From the IMG/VR virus record IMGVR_UViG_3300042975_000096: a DNA stretch of 64,000 bases; one strand, given 5' to 3'. A model generated the notes under the pieces. The model did not search any database. It was not told the DNA's origin and saw nothing but the letters and a program-made list of their open reading frames with translations. Source of the stretch: a virus. Its lineage: Duplodnaviria > Caudoviricetes. This document shows positions 51,000 to 61,413 of this stretch, one piece after another (position 1 is the stretch's first letter; each line of letters begins with the position of its first letter). The position numbers and the translations under genes were made by a program.

Positions 51000-51257
51000 T
51001 TACATCATTTTTTTTACTTGTTCAAAAAAATCATTAAATGCTTTTTGATACTGTTCTACTTCTTCAACTGTATTTAATCGAATCATCATTCCGTTTTTCG
51101 TTGGGCCATCATATGAATCTGTATGTTTGAACTCTCGAATCCCTGCTCTCAAAATACCACTTTTTTTATTTTCCAACATAGAAAATTTAATTTCACCGAC
51201 ATCACTTAATTTCATTTCATTTTCAAATAAAACGTTATTACTATCATTAAAAGCCAT
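51000..51257 (-). CDS. PC4/YdbC-like ssDNA-binding protein
   Basis: GIREF..PTKNGMMI resembles the PC4 DIR..PTKKGI motif. Confidence 0.6.
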   Translation of the reverse strand: MAFNDSNNVLFENEMKLSDVGEIKFSMLENKKSGILRAGIREFKHTDSYDGPTKNGMMIRLNTVEEVEQYQKAFNDFFEQVKKMM

Positions 51258-51342
51258 TTGTTAACAAACCCTTTCCTAAAAATAATTAGTATGCGAATAT
51301 TTTCTACTCACATACTAATTATATTAAATCTACAATATTTTG

Positions 51343-54300
51343 TCAACGTCTAACCGTTGTCGGTCTACCTTCAATCCTATACAAATCACCATATTGCGGA
51401 GATAATTTATTTATTACTGTGGACTTCATATTTAAATTACCTACCACAAGTACCATAATTTCTCCTGTATCAGAAACGACAACACAATATGCTCCAATAT
51501 ACTTGTTAATCGCTGTTGTGCAATCATTAAAGAATAAATTAAAATCTACATTTCTAAATTCAATTCCACCATCTTGAAACACATTACAATCCTTTGATAC
51601 TTTATATTTAGTTACAAGATTACAGAAATATGAGTCATTTTTCAACATAAAATCATTCATAAAGACCATTTTTTTATTCAAGTCTTCATTTGTTAAAGTT
51701 TGTTCCATATTAGAAAATACATTTTTAAGCACAATATCATTGTTATCAACAATGTATCCATACGTCAATCCACCAGGCAAGCTATTAATAACATTTTTCC
51801 TAATAATTTCGTCATTATTCTTTCCTGTTCCCAATGTTGTTATAAAATATTTCCAATCGGTTATTCTAGAAATCTCTTGAACTTCCGCTTTCATTGTTCC
51901 TTGATATGGCGTGTAATTATACCATAAGGACAGTAATTTATCTTCAGGAAATTGATAACTAACAACAATTGGTATCTGAATAATGGTGTCTTTTCTTGGT
52001 TTATTACCTTCATTAAATATAATGGTAATAAATGGTGTACCAAATGATGCATCAGTAATTCTTACTGTTTCTGTATTGAATTCCCTTTGGTCTGTTGGAT
52101 TACCATGCTCATCATAGAATATTTCTCCATCCTGATAGCATTGTACATAATCATTATGTGCAGAAGTAACATCACCATTGGCATCTAATGTATTATCTGT
52201 AAAGGTAAATACTGATTTCAATACACCACCATGTATAGTTCCTTCCTCAGAAGGGGTTAAACACGGCAATGTGAACACATTATTTATACCATCCGCAACA
52301 AATTCTAACGTTTTACATCTGCAAACATTTGTAATTAATGTTTTTGAATTCAAATCATAGTCAAAACTATAACCTTCTGTTGCCAATTCAAATGTGATTG
52401 TCTCTCCAATTAATAATGCCGACTGTAAATAAACTGTAAAATATAAATCTTCCTCACCAATTATATCTGATGGAGTTCTAGTAACTTTTTCAATTTTTTG
52501 AGCATTGCTACCAACAACACCAGCTATTTTATATCCATATAAATGCATAGGAATTCTATATTGGTTCGTTCCATCGCCAGACATGTTATAATAAATCAAT
52601 CTAGCATAACATTGTTTTCTATTTCTATGACTATTAGAAATATCATATGCACTATCTTCATTGCCTGAAACTTTTCTAGGTTTTAATAAAGATACCTGCC
52701 GTGGATATTCATTGTTTATATCATTAAACGAAACTTCTTCTGTTAAGTTTAATTTATAATCATAATTATCGGCTTCCTCATCATATTTTACGATTGAAGC
52801 TGATAAAATTTCTGTTGGCATATCTTGTCCACCACAACCGTTTGACAATTCAATCGTAGCCTGAACAATAATCTGTTCTACTGTTTGGTCATACGGTTTA
52901 AACATTACGCTATTTGTTCCAATTCCTGACCATAAGCCAACAACATTTTTCCCTGTTAAATCATAAACTTTTTCAATTGATTTTATCAACTTATCAGAAC
53001 ACAAGTTAATATTAAATGTTTTCAATGAAGATTTTTTATCATATTCACAATGAAATATTGTATCTTTTTGTGTATAAGCGTTATCACTATAATTATTAAC
53101 GACAGAATTAAATGATGGCATTAATAATGTATCTGAATTAATAAAATCTGTTGGAATCATTGGCCAAAACGTATTTTTAGCATATCCATACATACTTCCT
53201 AATAATGATAATATTTCAAAATTTTTAGAATAACCAATAAACTCTTCAATCAAAAATCCTTTTTCAGAAGTATTTTTTGAATCGCCAATAATAAGGTTTT
53301 TTGCAACCAAATGACAAGGCGCACAATCACTTTGCGCTTTTAAACTACCGTTAATATATAAATAAATCTGTCCATTTGTAGGCATTGGGTCTTCTGTCCA
53401 TGCAAGTCTAATATGATAATATTGATTTGCTTTCAATAAATCTGTGGTTAAATCAACCACCGCTTTGTTTTCAACATATTCACTATTCATTTCCTCATAA
53501 TTAAATTGTGACAAAATAAATTGATTCCCTTGTTTTTTTAGTTTTATTATTGGTGATTGAGATTCATTAACCAATGTAATTATGGTTTGATTAATCGTAG
53601 TATCATTACCATTCCAAAAAGGTTTGAAATAAAAGTCCATCGTTCCCGTATGGGAATTAAACAAATATTCAGTTGAGCTATTATGAATTCTATAATTTAA
53701 CGAACGATTACCTTCAATAACTGCACCAAATCCGCAAATAGAATCTTCATATCTAACATTACCCTCTACCGTAATTGGATTATTTATATCATATGCAGGA
53801 GATAACGGAATGGTTGTTTTATTAAATGGGATAATCAATGTGGCAGATGGGATTGTAGAATAATCCATGTGTGCATTACCAAACTGTATTCTTCTCATCT
53901 TCTTTGTCTGCACAGTTGATAAATCATTATTGAACAGTTTTTTGATTGTTTCATCGCCTAAAGAGTTTTCATTATAATCTGAAAAGCTAACGGACTTTCT
54001 CAAATCCATAACATCATTTTCATTAATCACATCATATGCCAATTTATCTGGTCGCATATGATTCATTAAATCACCTGTTTTTGAAGAATCGTTTACAATC
54101 ACCATAGCATTATAAGATGGTGCACCATTATAATTTTCCAATGTATATTTAGAAGAATTACGTCTTCTTATCCTAAACATAGGTAATGCGAAAACATACT
54201 TTCCATACAAAGTTGATGAATTTATATCATAATCTTTTCTTCCTGCAACATATAAATTTTTATCAAAATGAAAAATTTCATCTTTAAATAAATCATTCGT

Positions 54301-55008
54301 TGCTTCACAAAATGCAATATTAACATTATCTATTCCACCAAATTGTCCATTAGCTTTTGCAAAAACCCTAGAATAATGTACAATATCCTTATAGCCTAAC
54401 CCTTCGGGATATTTATTAAAAGCGCATTCGTTAGCTACTTTTATATCCCAACACAAAACCACACGCCTAGAGGTTTCCTCTCCAACACGCTCATCCAATG
54501 CAGGAGTTCCTATATCATCACCTTTAACGTAACCGTATTTCTTCGCAGAACTGCTACCTTTAGCAATTTCAAACCATACCTCTAAGTATACTAAAGTATC
54601 ATCTAGAGAATCCTTTTGAGTTTCCCCTAAATCAATCAATATATAATTATCTAATTTATTATATGTAAAATTTCCTTGCGCATTAATTTCATATCCATTA
54701 ACAAATGCCTTAAATGGGGCAATTGCAATTTTATTAATTAAAGTCAAACCGTTTTCAGTTGGATTATAAATAATTGGGTCTCCTGTGAATTCCTTTTGAA
54801 CCAACTCTGTAAATCCACTATATATAACTTTTCTAATAGCATTCGTTCTAGCGTCTTCTTGCAATTGTTGCATTTCATTCAATTCTGTTTCAAGAATTCC
54901 AATATCATGACCGAATCTTATCTGTTGATAACTAGACTTGTTATTGTAATTAGAAAATTTTTCAAATTTATCCAAATCAAAATCGCTCCTTCCAATTTCT
55001 TTTTTCAT
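51343..55008 (-). CDS. Large virion/baseplate protein with LamG-like domain
   Basis: LETELNEMQ N-terminus; GTMDFYFKP..YYHIRLAW..LYING..LIIG. Confidence 0.65.
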   Translation of the reverse strand: MKKEIGRSDFDLDKFEKFSNYNNKSSYQQIRFGHDIGILETELNEMQQLQEDARTNAIRKVIYSGFTELVQKEFTGDPIIYNPTENGLTLINKIAIAPFKAFVNGYEINAQGNFTYNKLDNYILIDLGETQKDSLDDTLVYLEVWFEIAKGSSSAKKYGYVKGDDIGTPALDERVGEETSRRVVLCWDIKVANECAFNKYPEGLGYKDIVHYSRVFAKANGQFGGIDNVNIAFCEATNDLFKDEIFHFDKNLYVAGRKDYDINSSTLYGKYVFALPMFRIRRRNSSKYTLENYNGAPSYNAMVIVNDSSKTGDLMNHMRPDKLAYDVINENDVMDLRKSVSFSDYNENSLGDETIKKLFNNDLSTVQTKKMRRIQFGNAHMDYSTIPSATLIIPFNKTTIPLSPAYDINNPITVEGNVRYEDSICGFGAVIEGNRSLNYRIHNSSTEYLFNSHTGTMDFYFKPFWNGNDTTINQTIITLVNESQSPIIKLKKQGNQFILSQFNYEEMNSEYVENKAVVDLTTDLLKANQYYHIRLAWTEDPMPTNGQIYLYINGSLKAQSDCAPCHLVAKNLIIGDSKNTSEKGFLIEEFIGYSKNFEILSLLGSMYGYAKNTFWPMIPTDFINSDTLLMPSFNSVVNNYSDNAYTQKDTIFHCEYDKKSSLKTFNINLCSDKLIKSIEKVYDLTGKNVVGLWSGIGTNSVMFKPYDQTVEQIIVQATIELSNGCGGQDMPTEILSASIVKYDEEADNYDYKLNLTEEVSFNDINNEYPRQVSLLKPRKVSGNEDSAYDISNSHRNRKQCYARLIYYNMSGDGTNQYRIPMHLYGYKIAGVVGSNAQKIEKVTRTPSDIIGEEDLYFTVYLQSALLIGETITFELATEGYSFDYDLNSKTLITNVCRCKTLEFVADGINNVFTLPCLTPSEEGTIHGGVLKSVFTFTDNTLDANGDVTSAHNDYVQCYQDGEIFYDEHGNPTDQREFNTETVRITDASFGTPFITIIFNEGNKPRKDTIIQIPIVVSYQFPEDKLLSLWYNYTPYQGTMKAEVQEISRITDWKYFITTLGTGKNNDEIIRKNVINSLPGGLTYGYIVDNNDIVLKNVFSNMEQTLTNEDLNKKMVFMNDFMLKNDSYFCNLVTKYKVSKDCNVFQDGGIEFRNVDFNLFFNDCTTAINKYIGAYCVVVSDTGEIMVLVVGNLNMKSTVINKLSPQYGDLYRIEGRPTTVRR

Positions 55009-55070
55009 CTAATAATAAAATAAACCCACATCAATTTTTTAATATATTGATGTGGGTTTTTATATAATTT

Positions 55071-55727
55071 TTAGAAGGTTAATTTCCAACAAATTGTCAA
55101 ACGAGAATTATCCGGTTTGTTCCAAACCTTAAATGTTTTATAGTTGAACATGTATCCACTATCTTTACCTGCACCAGCATTCCAATCCTGTGCATCTCCA
55201 CCGAACAATCCCATTTCTGTCAATGGGCCATTAGCTTCATTTTCATAAAATGTGGTGGTCAATTTCAAAATATTCGTTAGCGTATTTACTTCATTTCCTG
55301 CTGCATCAACAAAACACCATGAAGTAAACGGTTTTCTATAAAATTCACCAACCAATTTAGTTGTTGATAATGTTTCAGAAGGGGGGTCTTGCAAATCCCA
55401 CTGAGTTGTATCTACATTGTTTGTTTTTTCGTCATAAGGTTTCGTAATGTCCTGAAGAATACCAACACCCAATGCCAAATACTGCAATCCTCTATCAAGG
55501 AAGTTTCCCTGAAAAGCTGGTGTTGTTGCACCCGTAATAGCACCTGGAGCCATTCTAGCTGCCATTAGTTCTGAAGCTTTATCAACAATAAGGTTTTGAA
55601 TTGTTAACTGTTTCTGCATTACACCGTTAACAACCTTTCCATTCTTTATTTCCCCACCTTGATGCAAATACATTGAAATCTGACCAGATGGCTTTTTATT
55701 TTTTAAATAATTTTCATTAAAATTCAT
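55071..55727 (-). CDS. Tail-collar/baseplate protein
   Basis: NLIV..YLALGVG..EANGPLTEMGLFGG..LTICWKLTF. Confidence 0.65.
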   Translation of the reverse strand: MNFNENYLKNKKPSGQISMYLHQGGEIKNGKVVNGVMQKQLTIQNLIVDKASELMAARMAPGAITGATTPAFQGNFLDRGLQYLALGVGILQDITKPYDEKTNNVDTTQWDLQDPPSETLSTTKLVGEFYRKPFTSWCFVDAAGNEVNTLTNILKLTTTFYENEANGPLTEMGLFGGDAQDWNAGAGKDSGYMFNYKTFKVWNKPDNSRLTICWKLTF

Positions 55728-55745
55728 TTATTTCAAATTCCTCTC

Positions 55746-57734
55746 TTATTTAAATTTTACAACAATATTCGGTAAAATAATATTCATAGGTACGTTTAGT
55801 GTATCATAATATTCCTCATACGGAATATCATTAAACACTAAGCATTGCACTGTTGCACCTGCTGAACCTGTATTATATACTGTAAAAATATCATCATTAT
55901 CAATATCAGCATACAAATCGCCAATCGAACCCTCTTCAATTGAAGAATTTGTAGTCAATATTGGTGTTCCTAAAGATAATCTATAATTCTCTCCAAACTC
56001 CTTTGAAGAAATAGATACCCCCTGTTGCCCTGCTAATGTTGCATTAACATAATTAATATTTTTCCATGTTTTGCTATACATATCAATTACAGTCCATTGA
56101 AATTTATTTCCTGTTGTTTGAACTACATTTGATTTCTTATCTGTAGTAATACCTGTATTATAAACAATAATTTGGTTATCAACGCATTTTACAAAAATTT
56201 CACCATTTCTACCATTTGTGTTTTCTTTAGCGCAAATATGGATAAAATATCTATCATCATCTAATTTGAAGGGCATTGTAATAAATGTGCCGTCCATACC
56301 GGAAAACGTACCCTCTCCGCTATAAACAACCTCATTATCAATCAAAATGGTTTCTAAATTCATTTTTAAATTTCTTGTACCTGTATTATATACTCGGAAT
56401 CTTTTTGCTTGTTTTTCAACAAACAAATCGCCTATTTTACCCTTATCTTCCCAATCATAATCTATCAATGTAGGAATTACAGTATAATCTTTATTCTCTA
56501 ATTGATGTCCAACATAATATTTTCTTTTACGATAAATAATCTTTTTGTCTTCATCTTCTTCATCAACCATTGCTCCTGCTGTTTGACCATACTGATGAAA
56601 CATTTCAATACCATAAATTTCTTTATCATGAATGGACGGCAAATCATATCCCAAATTTTTAATAATATGTGATAAATTTTCCAAATCTTCCGTCATTCTA
56701 TAAATTTTATTTTTCATGGAAGTTTCGTCTGTATAATATTCAGTTAATGTAGTATAAATCTTATTATATTGTTCTTCCGATAATGGAGCTAAATGTCTCA
56801 AATCCGTTATTTGGTCATCATAAATAATATTGGAGAATTTACCATCAGGTCTATCAGATTTTGTATTTTCATCAACCCAATCAACACCACCAAAAGGATT
56901 ATATTTTTCATCATAACCTGAATTATTCAATCTCATAATTCTAAATAATGGGATTGCATAAACATACCCATCTATTGTATGAATAGTTGGATTAGCTATT
57001 AATCCTTCTCCGGCAATAAATAAATACGGGTCATTTTCTGACTGTTTATAAAAATATTTTTTTGCTCGATAACCATTTTGAGCTAAAGGATGTATGCTTT
57101 CATTTGGTTTCCCATCTGCATCAACAAACCCCTTACTATACTTGTTATCAAAATCTTCATAATGTGAGATTGTCCATTGAAGCTGGATTCTTCTACTCGT
57201 TTCAGCTTCAATTCTTTCATCAATGATATTAAAGTCCATAGGGGAGTTAATATCATATCCGAACATAGGAACTTTATCGTTTTTCTTAAGTTCTGAAAAC
57301 CAAAATTCAAGAAAAACAAAATCATGTCTTACATCACCTACTGGTGGATTCGGCAATCTTATCGGAATATTTTTTTTCGTTTCGCCAGTTCTATAATATT
57401 CATGATGTGTTAAAAACCCATTTACAACCGAATCAAATGGTGGTAATTCAAATCCATTCAAATTAGTTGTATTATTATTAATAATCTTAAAACATTTTTC
57501 AAGGTTATTAGTTTTATCTATTGTTAAAATTCCACTTTTTGTAATTTGTTTTAAAGTTTTTGCAGCATTGTCAACATTAAGCCATTGAGCTTCATTTACC
57601 TCACGTTCCATAACATAGGCATCAGAACCCACATTTAATGCAACAAAATGTGTATTATCTTTCCATGTTCCCTTTATTGGTTGAGAAAACGTAGGATTAT
57701 AATCTGGCAACACTGAACTTTGTGTAGTCGGCAT
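55746..57734 (-). CDS. Virion/baseplate protein, N-terminal paralog of 51343-55008
   Basis: Shared EVNEAQ, FLEFWF, DERIEAETSRR, YAIPLFRI, RPDG..DLR motifs. Confidence 0.65.
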   Translation of the reverse strand: MPTTQSSVLPDYNPTFSQPIKGTWKDNTHFVALNVGSDAYVMEREVNEAQWLNVDNAAKTLKQITKSGILTIDKTNNLEKCFKIINNNTTNLNGFELPPFDSVVNGFLTHHEYYRTGETKKNIPIRLPNPPVGDVRHDFVFLEFWFSELKKNDKVPMFGYDINSPMDFNIIDERIEAETSRRIQLQWTISHYEDFDNKYSKGFVDADGKPNESIHPLAQNGYRAKKYFYKQSENDPYLFIAGEGLIANPTIHTIDGYVYAIPLFRIMRLNNSGYDEKYNPFGGVDWVDENTKSDRPDGKFSNIIYDDQITDLRHLAPLSEEQYNKIYTTLTEYYTDETSMKNKIYRMTEDLENLSHIIKNLGYDLPSIHDKEIYGIEMFHQYGQTAGAMVDEEDEDKKIIYRKRKYYVGHQLENKDYTVIPTLIDYDWEDKGKIGDLFVEKQAKRFRVYNTGTRNLKMNLETILIDNEVVYSGEGTFSGMDGTFITMPFKLDDDRYFIHICAKENTNGRNGEIFVKCVDNQIIVYNTGITTDKKSNVVQTTGNKFQWTVIDMYSKTWKNINYVNATLAGQQGVSISSKEFGENYRLSLGTPILTTNSSIEEGSIGDLYADIDNDDIFTVYNTGSAGATVQCLVFNDIPYEEYYDTLNVPMNIILPNIVVKFK

Positions 57735-57799
57735 TTAATTCACTTCTTTCATTTTTTCTACTAATTAAATAGTACAATTACTGTTTTTTATAGCAAGTT

Positions 57800-58471
57800 T
57801 TATTTGAATAGCACCTGATACGCAGTTAATATTGCATCTTCATCTTTTGAATTCTTAAAACCAACATAAACAATTTCACTATCTGCATCATTCTTAATAC
57901 TTTTTTTGCATTTATAATACATTTTTCCATCAAAAGAATAGTAGGTCATTAATTCACTATCTGAATCATAAAACACCGAAAATTCTTTTGCTCCCTTTAT
58001 TTTAATCTCGTTTGTTTTAGCAATGCCTTCAGGTCTAATTTTAATATCATGCTTTCCTACATCAATATTTTCACTATTATTCAAATCAACAAAATCTGAC
58101 ATATTAAACTCAAATAACATACCATCTGTATATTTAATTGTTGATAACATAACTTCTTTTTTGAATGTCATCACATCAATTTTTGAAAAACAACTTGGGT
58201 CATGAATAATATCAATTGTTTCATTCACTTCAATATTTTTAGTTAGCGGTTTTGCGTTTTTGCTGTTATTTGTTAAAACGCCGTTTTTATCAACATACCA
58301 TGGATTTCCTTTACTATCTTTTTCTTCAATCCAATATGTACGCTTAATTTTTTTTTCTAATCCAACAACACTATCTACATAAATTCCAGAAGTAAATGGT
58401 TTTATGGCGTTTGAAACCCCACAAGCCATATTACTCCCTTCCTCAAACAATACATACATATGTATAACCAC
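57800..58471 (-). CDS. Hypothetical protein
   Basis: 223-aa ORF in the baseplate operon. Confidence 0.6.
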   Translation of the reverse strand: MVIHMYVLFEEGSNMACGVSNAIKPFTSGIYVDSVVGLEKKIKRTYWIEEKDSKGNPWYVDKNGVLTNNSKNAKPLTKNIEVNETIDIIHDPSCFSKIDVMTFKKEVMLSTIKYTDGMLFEFNMSDFVDLNNSENIDVGKHDIKIRPEGIAKTNEIKIKGAKEFSVFYDSDSELMTYYSFDGKMYYKCKKSIKNDADSEIVYVGFKNSKDEDAILTAYQVLFK

Positions 58472-58477
58472 CTATCA

Positions 58478-61390
58478 TTAAATTTTACTGTGTTTTATAA
58501 CAGTTTCTTTGCCCTTAGAATCAACCGTATATAATTTCATATCAACATCTTCTTCAATATGTTTTTTATCAAACAATTCTTCTTCATATGCATCAAAATA
58601 TATATATGTATCTTCATGCATTCGATACTTAATACCATACCTACTATGATTAATAATTCTATTTTTTCTTCTACGTGGATTTTTAGAATATGTCATAGTT
58701 GTTTCATTTGTATAAGGAACTAATCCATATTTTAACTCTCTAAAATCAAATTCAACTAATACTTTTTCTTCTTCTTCAGGTTTTTTATAAATCTCATTCC
58801 AATCAACAAATGCTTCCCACAACATTTGTGATTCTCTCACCTTATCATATTTTTCATGGTCAAAATATTCAAATAAAATCCACAAATCGTCTTTCAACGC
58901 ATATCGAATTCCTGTTCTAAAAGTATTAGTTGTTCTGTTTTCTGATTTTATTATATTTCCGTTTGCATCATATTGTAAACCACCATTTGTTTTTAACGTT
59001 CTATCTGTAGAAATAGGCTTTATTCCAAACTTTGCTTCTTGAAGATACATATCCAAACTAACTGTATATTCATCTTTTGGTTTCTTTACATACCTATCTT
59101 CATAATTAACAACCAACCATGGCATACATTCCTCTTTTGGTTTTGGAATATAAACACTTTCCGTATGAAGAACATCCACCCAATCTCTATCATATAATGT
59201 ATATTTTGGCGCAATTGGAAATGCAGAATTAGTATTTGTACTTTTTTTACCATCAGCCGTAGCTTTCAATACAAAATCATAATCAATATTTTTCCATCCA
59301 TAAACGTTACTTTCTTCAAAGTCACGTTTTTCAATCAATAATTTATCTGAATTGCTAAAATCTTCTCCATATCGTTCTTTATACCACTCTCTATAATTTT
59401 CTTCACCAACCAAAACAATCATGATAATTGGTATCGTATGAGCAGGTCTTACAATATTCGTTATTTCTTTTACATCACTATAAACTTCATTTATTTCAGC
59501 CGTGCTATCTATTGATTTTTCGATTTCAACAGTAAATCTATACTGATTATCCCAATTAATATCCTTATTTAATCCATAATGCGCATAATCAGTAAATAAT
59601 TCATATATATGAACATCAAATCCTGTATATGCCTTTATTGCTTTTGATATGGAATTTTTATTAGCCCCAGACAATAAAGACTCAATGATTCCTGATACAA
59701 CCTCACGATACTTCTCTTGACTCCATTTAGTTTTCCATGGAACGCCAATCAATGCGCCAAAATTATTATAAATAGCATCTCCATGTGCAGTAGATAAGTA
59801 CATGTTATCTTCTAAAATGCCTTTTTCGTAATTTGCGTCCCCATATTCAATACCCAATGAACGTAACAATTTTACATAGTTAATATCATAAACTTCTTTG
59901 TTATAATCATCTGGAACCATTTTTAATAAATCTTCAAAACATCCCTGATAATACGCCATGCGTTTCTTTACTTCTGCTGAAACGTCCTTTGAATCAGAAG
60001 TTGATTTTACTAATTTTTCTTCAACAATAATAAAATCATACTTTTTGAAATTAACATCTAATGGGGTAGTTATTTGAACTTCATTACCATTAGGTATATA
60101 CACTTTTCTATTTAATGCAGGTTTTAATGTAACTTTGTTAAAAAAACTATTATTTGGAGTTAAAATTCTCTCCGTCTTTGGAAAAACAACAGAAATAATT
60201 TTATCTCCTGAATCATTAATAAACATTAAACTATCAATAGTTAAATCTTTTTCATATGGAAGTTTACTCTTAATTAACAATTCATCTGTAACAATTTTAT
60301 GATAGTCATAAAGTTTATTTAGAAGAAAATAAAATTCTTGATATGATGGTTTTCTTTCATTACCTAAATAATAATATAAAATACCATATGTGTTTTTTTG
60401 AGAATTTTTATCTGTTATATCATAAAACTCATCAACTAATTGTTTTTTATAGGGAACAACATTAATTGCAAAATCATTAATATATTCTCTTAAATCACGA
60501 TAACCTTGCAATTGCATGTCATTTACGCTTGATTTATCAGCATAATGACCCTGTTCAGTTGATAAAAATTCAATATCTAAATTAAGTCCATTCCTTTGAG
60601 CTTGTTCAAGCACTCCAGATTTCATTGCACTTATTATTGGACGAAAAGTTTCATAATCAAATTCTCCAGAACTTTCATCCCCTTGAAATGCAAAAAAATC
60701 AATGTATGGCAAAAAACCTGCTTTTTCTGTCAAATCATATTTTGAGTTTGTGCCATATAATTCGCCAGTTGCTTCCGCTAACCAACCCGTATGAAACTTT
60801 TGTTTATCCTCATTAATATACGTTGATTTCGTATATTCATTAATCGCCGTTAAAATCCCTGGACCACCGATTTTTATATCACTATACTTATTATGAATAA
60901 TATCATGAATGTATTTTAGCATTTGTACATATAACTCTGGTGGACATTTTATCGCGCCTGTCTTATCAATCTGTTCAGGAACAGTCATAATTTGCCAATA
61001 TTTTATCCATGAATATTTATCAATAACGGTCACAGCATATTGAGCATACTGCATATAATTAAATGATGTAATGATTGTTGGAAATTCAAGTTCAATCACC
61101 ATATTCAATTTATATTGTCCAACATACTTTTTATATTCTTCAATGCGTTGATTAAAAGGCCATATATCCCCATTAACACCACTATTCGCAAGGTATAATG
61201 AATTCGAGGCATCTTTACTAATTTGAATTGTATCAATAACATCCGTTATTTTTAATTTATTCACATGTAAAAACATATCTTGTAGCTTTGATTGTATTGC
61301 TTCTACACCAATCAAACCTTTATATTCCCAAGTTTGACCTAATAAGTTATCTCCATTTTTCAAACAAGTGAATCGAATACCACTTCTCAA
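58478..61390 (-). CDS. Baseplate wedge-like protein with N-terminal glycoside-hydrolase-like region
   Basis: Follows baseplate J; LSTAHGDAIYNNFGALIG and IVRPAHT wedge motifs; IKYWQI..IKIGGPG..IDFFAF. Confidence 0.6.
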   Translation of the reverse strand: MRSGIRFTCLKNGDNLLGQTWEYKGLIGVEAIQSKLQDMFLHVNKLKITDVIDTIQISKDASNSLYLANSGVNGDIWPFNQRIEEYKKYVGQYKLNMVIELEFPTIITSFNYMQYAQYAVTVIDKYSWIKYWQIMTVPEQIDKTGAIKCPPELYVQMLKYIHDIIHNKYSDIKIGGPGILTAINEYTKSTYINEDKQKFHTGWLAEATGELYGTNSKYDLTEKAGFLPYIDFFAFQGDESSGEFDYETFRPIISAMKSGVLEQAQRNGLNLDIEFLSTEQGHYADKSSVNDMQLQGYRDLREYINDFAINVVPYKKQLVDEFYDITDKNSQKNTYGILYYYLGNERKPSYQEFYFLLNKLYDYHKIVTDELLIKSKLPYEKDLTIDSLMFINDSGDKIISVVFPKTERILTPNNSFFNKVTLKPALNRKVYIPNGNEVQITTPLDVNFKKYDFIIVEEKLVKSTSDSKDVSAEVKKRMAYYQGCFEDLLKMVPDDYNKEVYDINYVKLLRSLGIEYGDANYEKGILEDNMYLSTAHGDAIYNNFGALIGVPWKTKWSQEKYREVVSGIIESLLSGANKNSISKAIKAYTGFDVHIYELFTDYAHYGLNKDINWDNQYRFTVEIEKSIDSTAEINEVYSDVKEITNIVRPAHTIPIIMIVLVGEENYREWYKERYGEDFSNSDKLLIEKRDFEESNVYGWKNIDYDFVLKATADGKKSTNTNSAFPIAPKYTLYDRDWVDVLHTESVYIPKPKEECMPWLVVNYEDRYVKKPKDEYTVSLDMYLQEAKFGIKPISTDRTLKTNGGLQYDANGNIIKSENRTTNTFRTGIRYALKDDLWILFEYFDHEKYDKVRESQMLWEAFVDWNEIYKKPEEEEKVLVEFDFRELKYGLVPYTNETTMTYSKNPRRRKNRIINHSRYGIKYRMHEDTYIYFDAYEEELFDKKHIEEDVDMKLYTVDSKGKETVIKHSKI

Positions 61391-61413
61391 TTTTTTTCAC
61401 GACCTTTTTGTTT

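Noticed and set aside
26714-51327. Intergenic TTAATATAAT (minus strand) at 26714, 29729, 33598 and 51318 as a phage-sigma promoter
   Set aside because: An all-AT 10-mer is expected a few times by chance at this composition, and it also occurs inside a gene (~23728). It needs genome-wide enrichment or TSS data.
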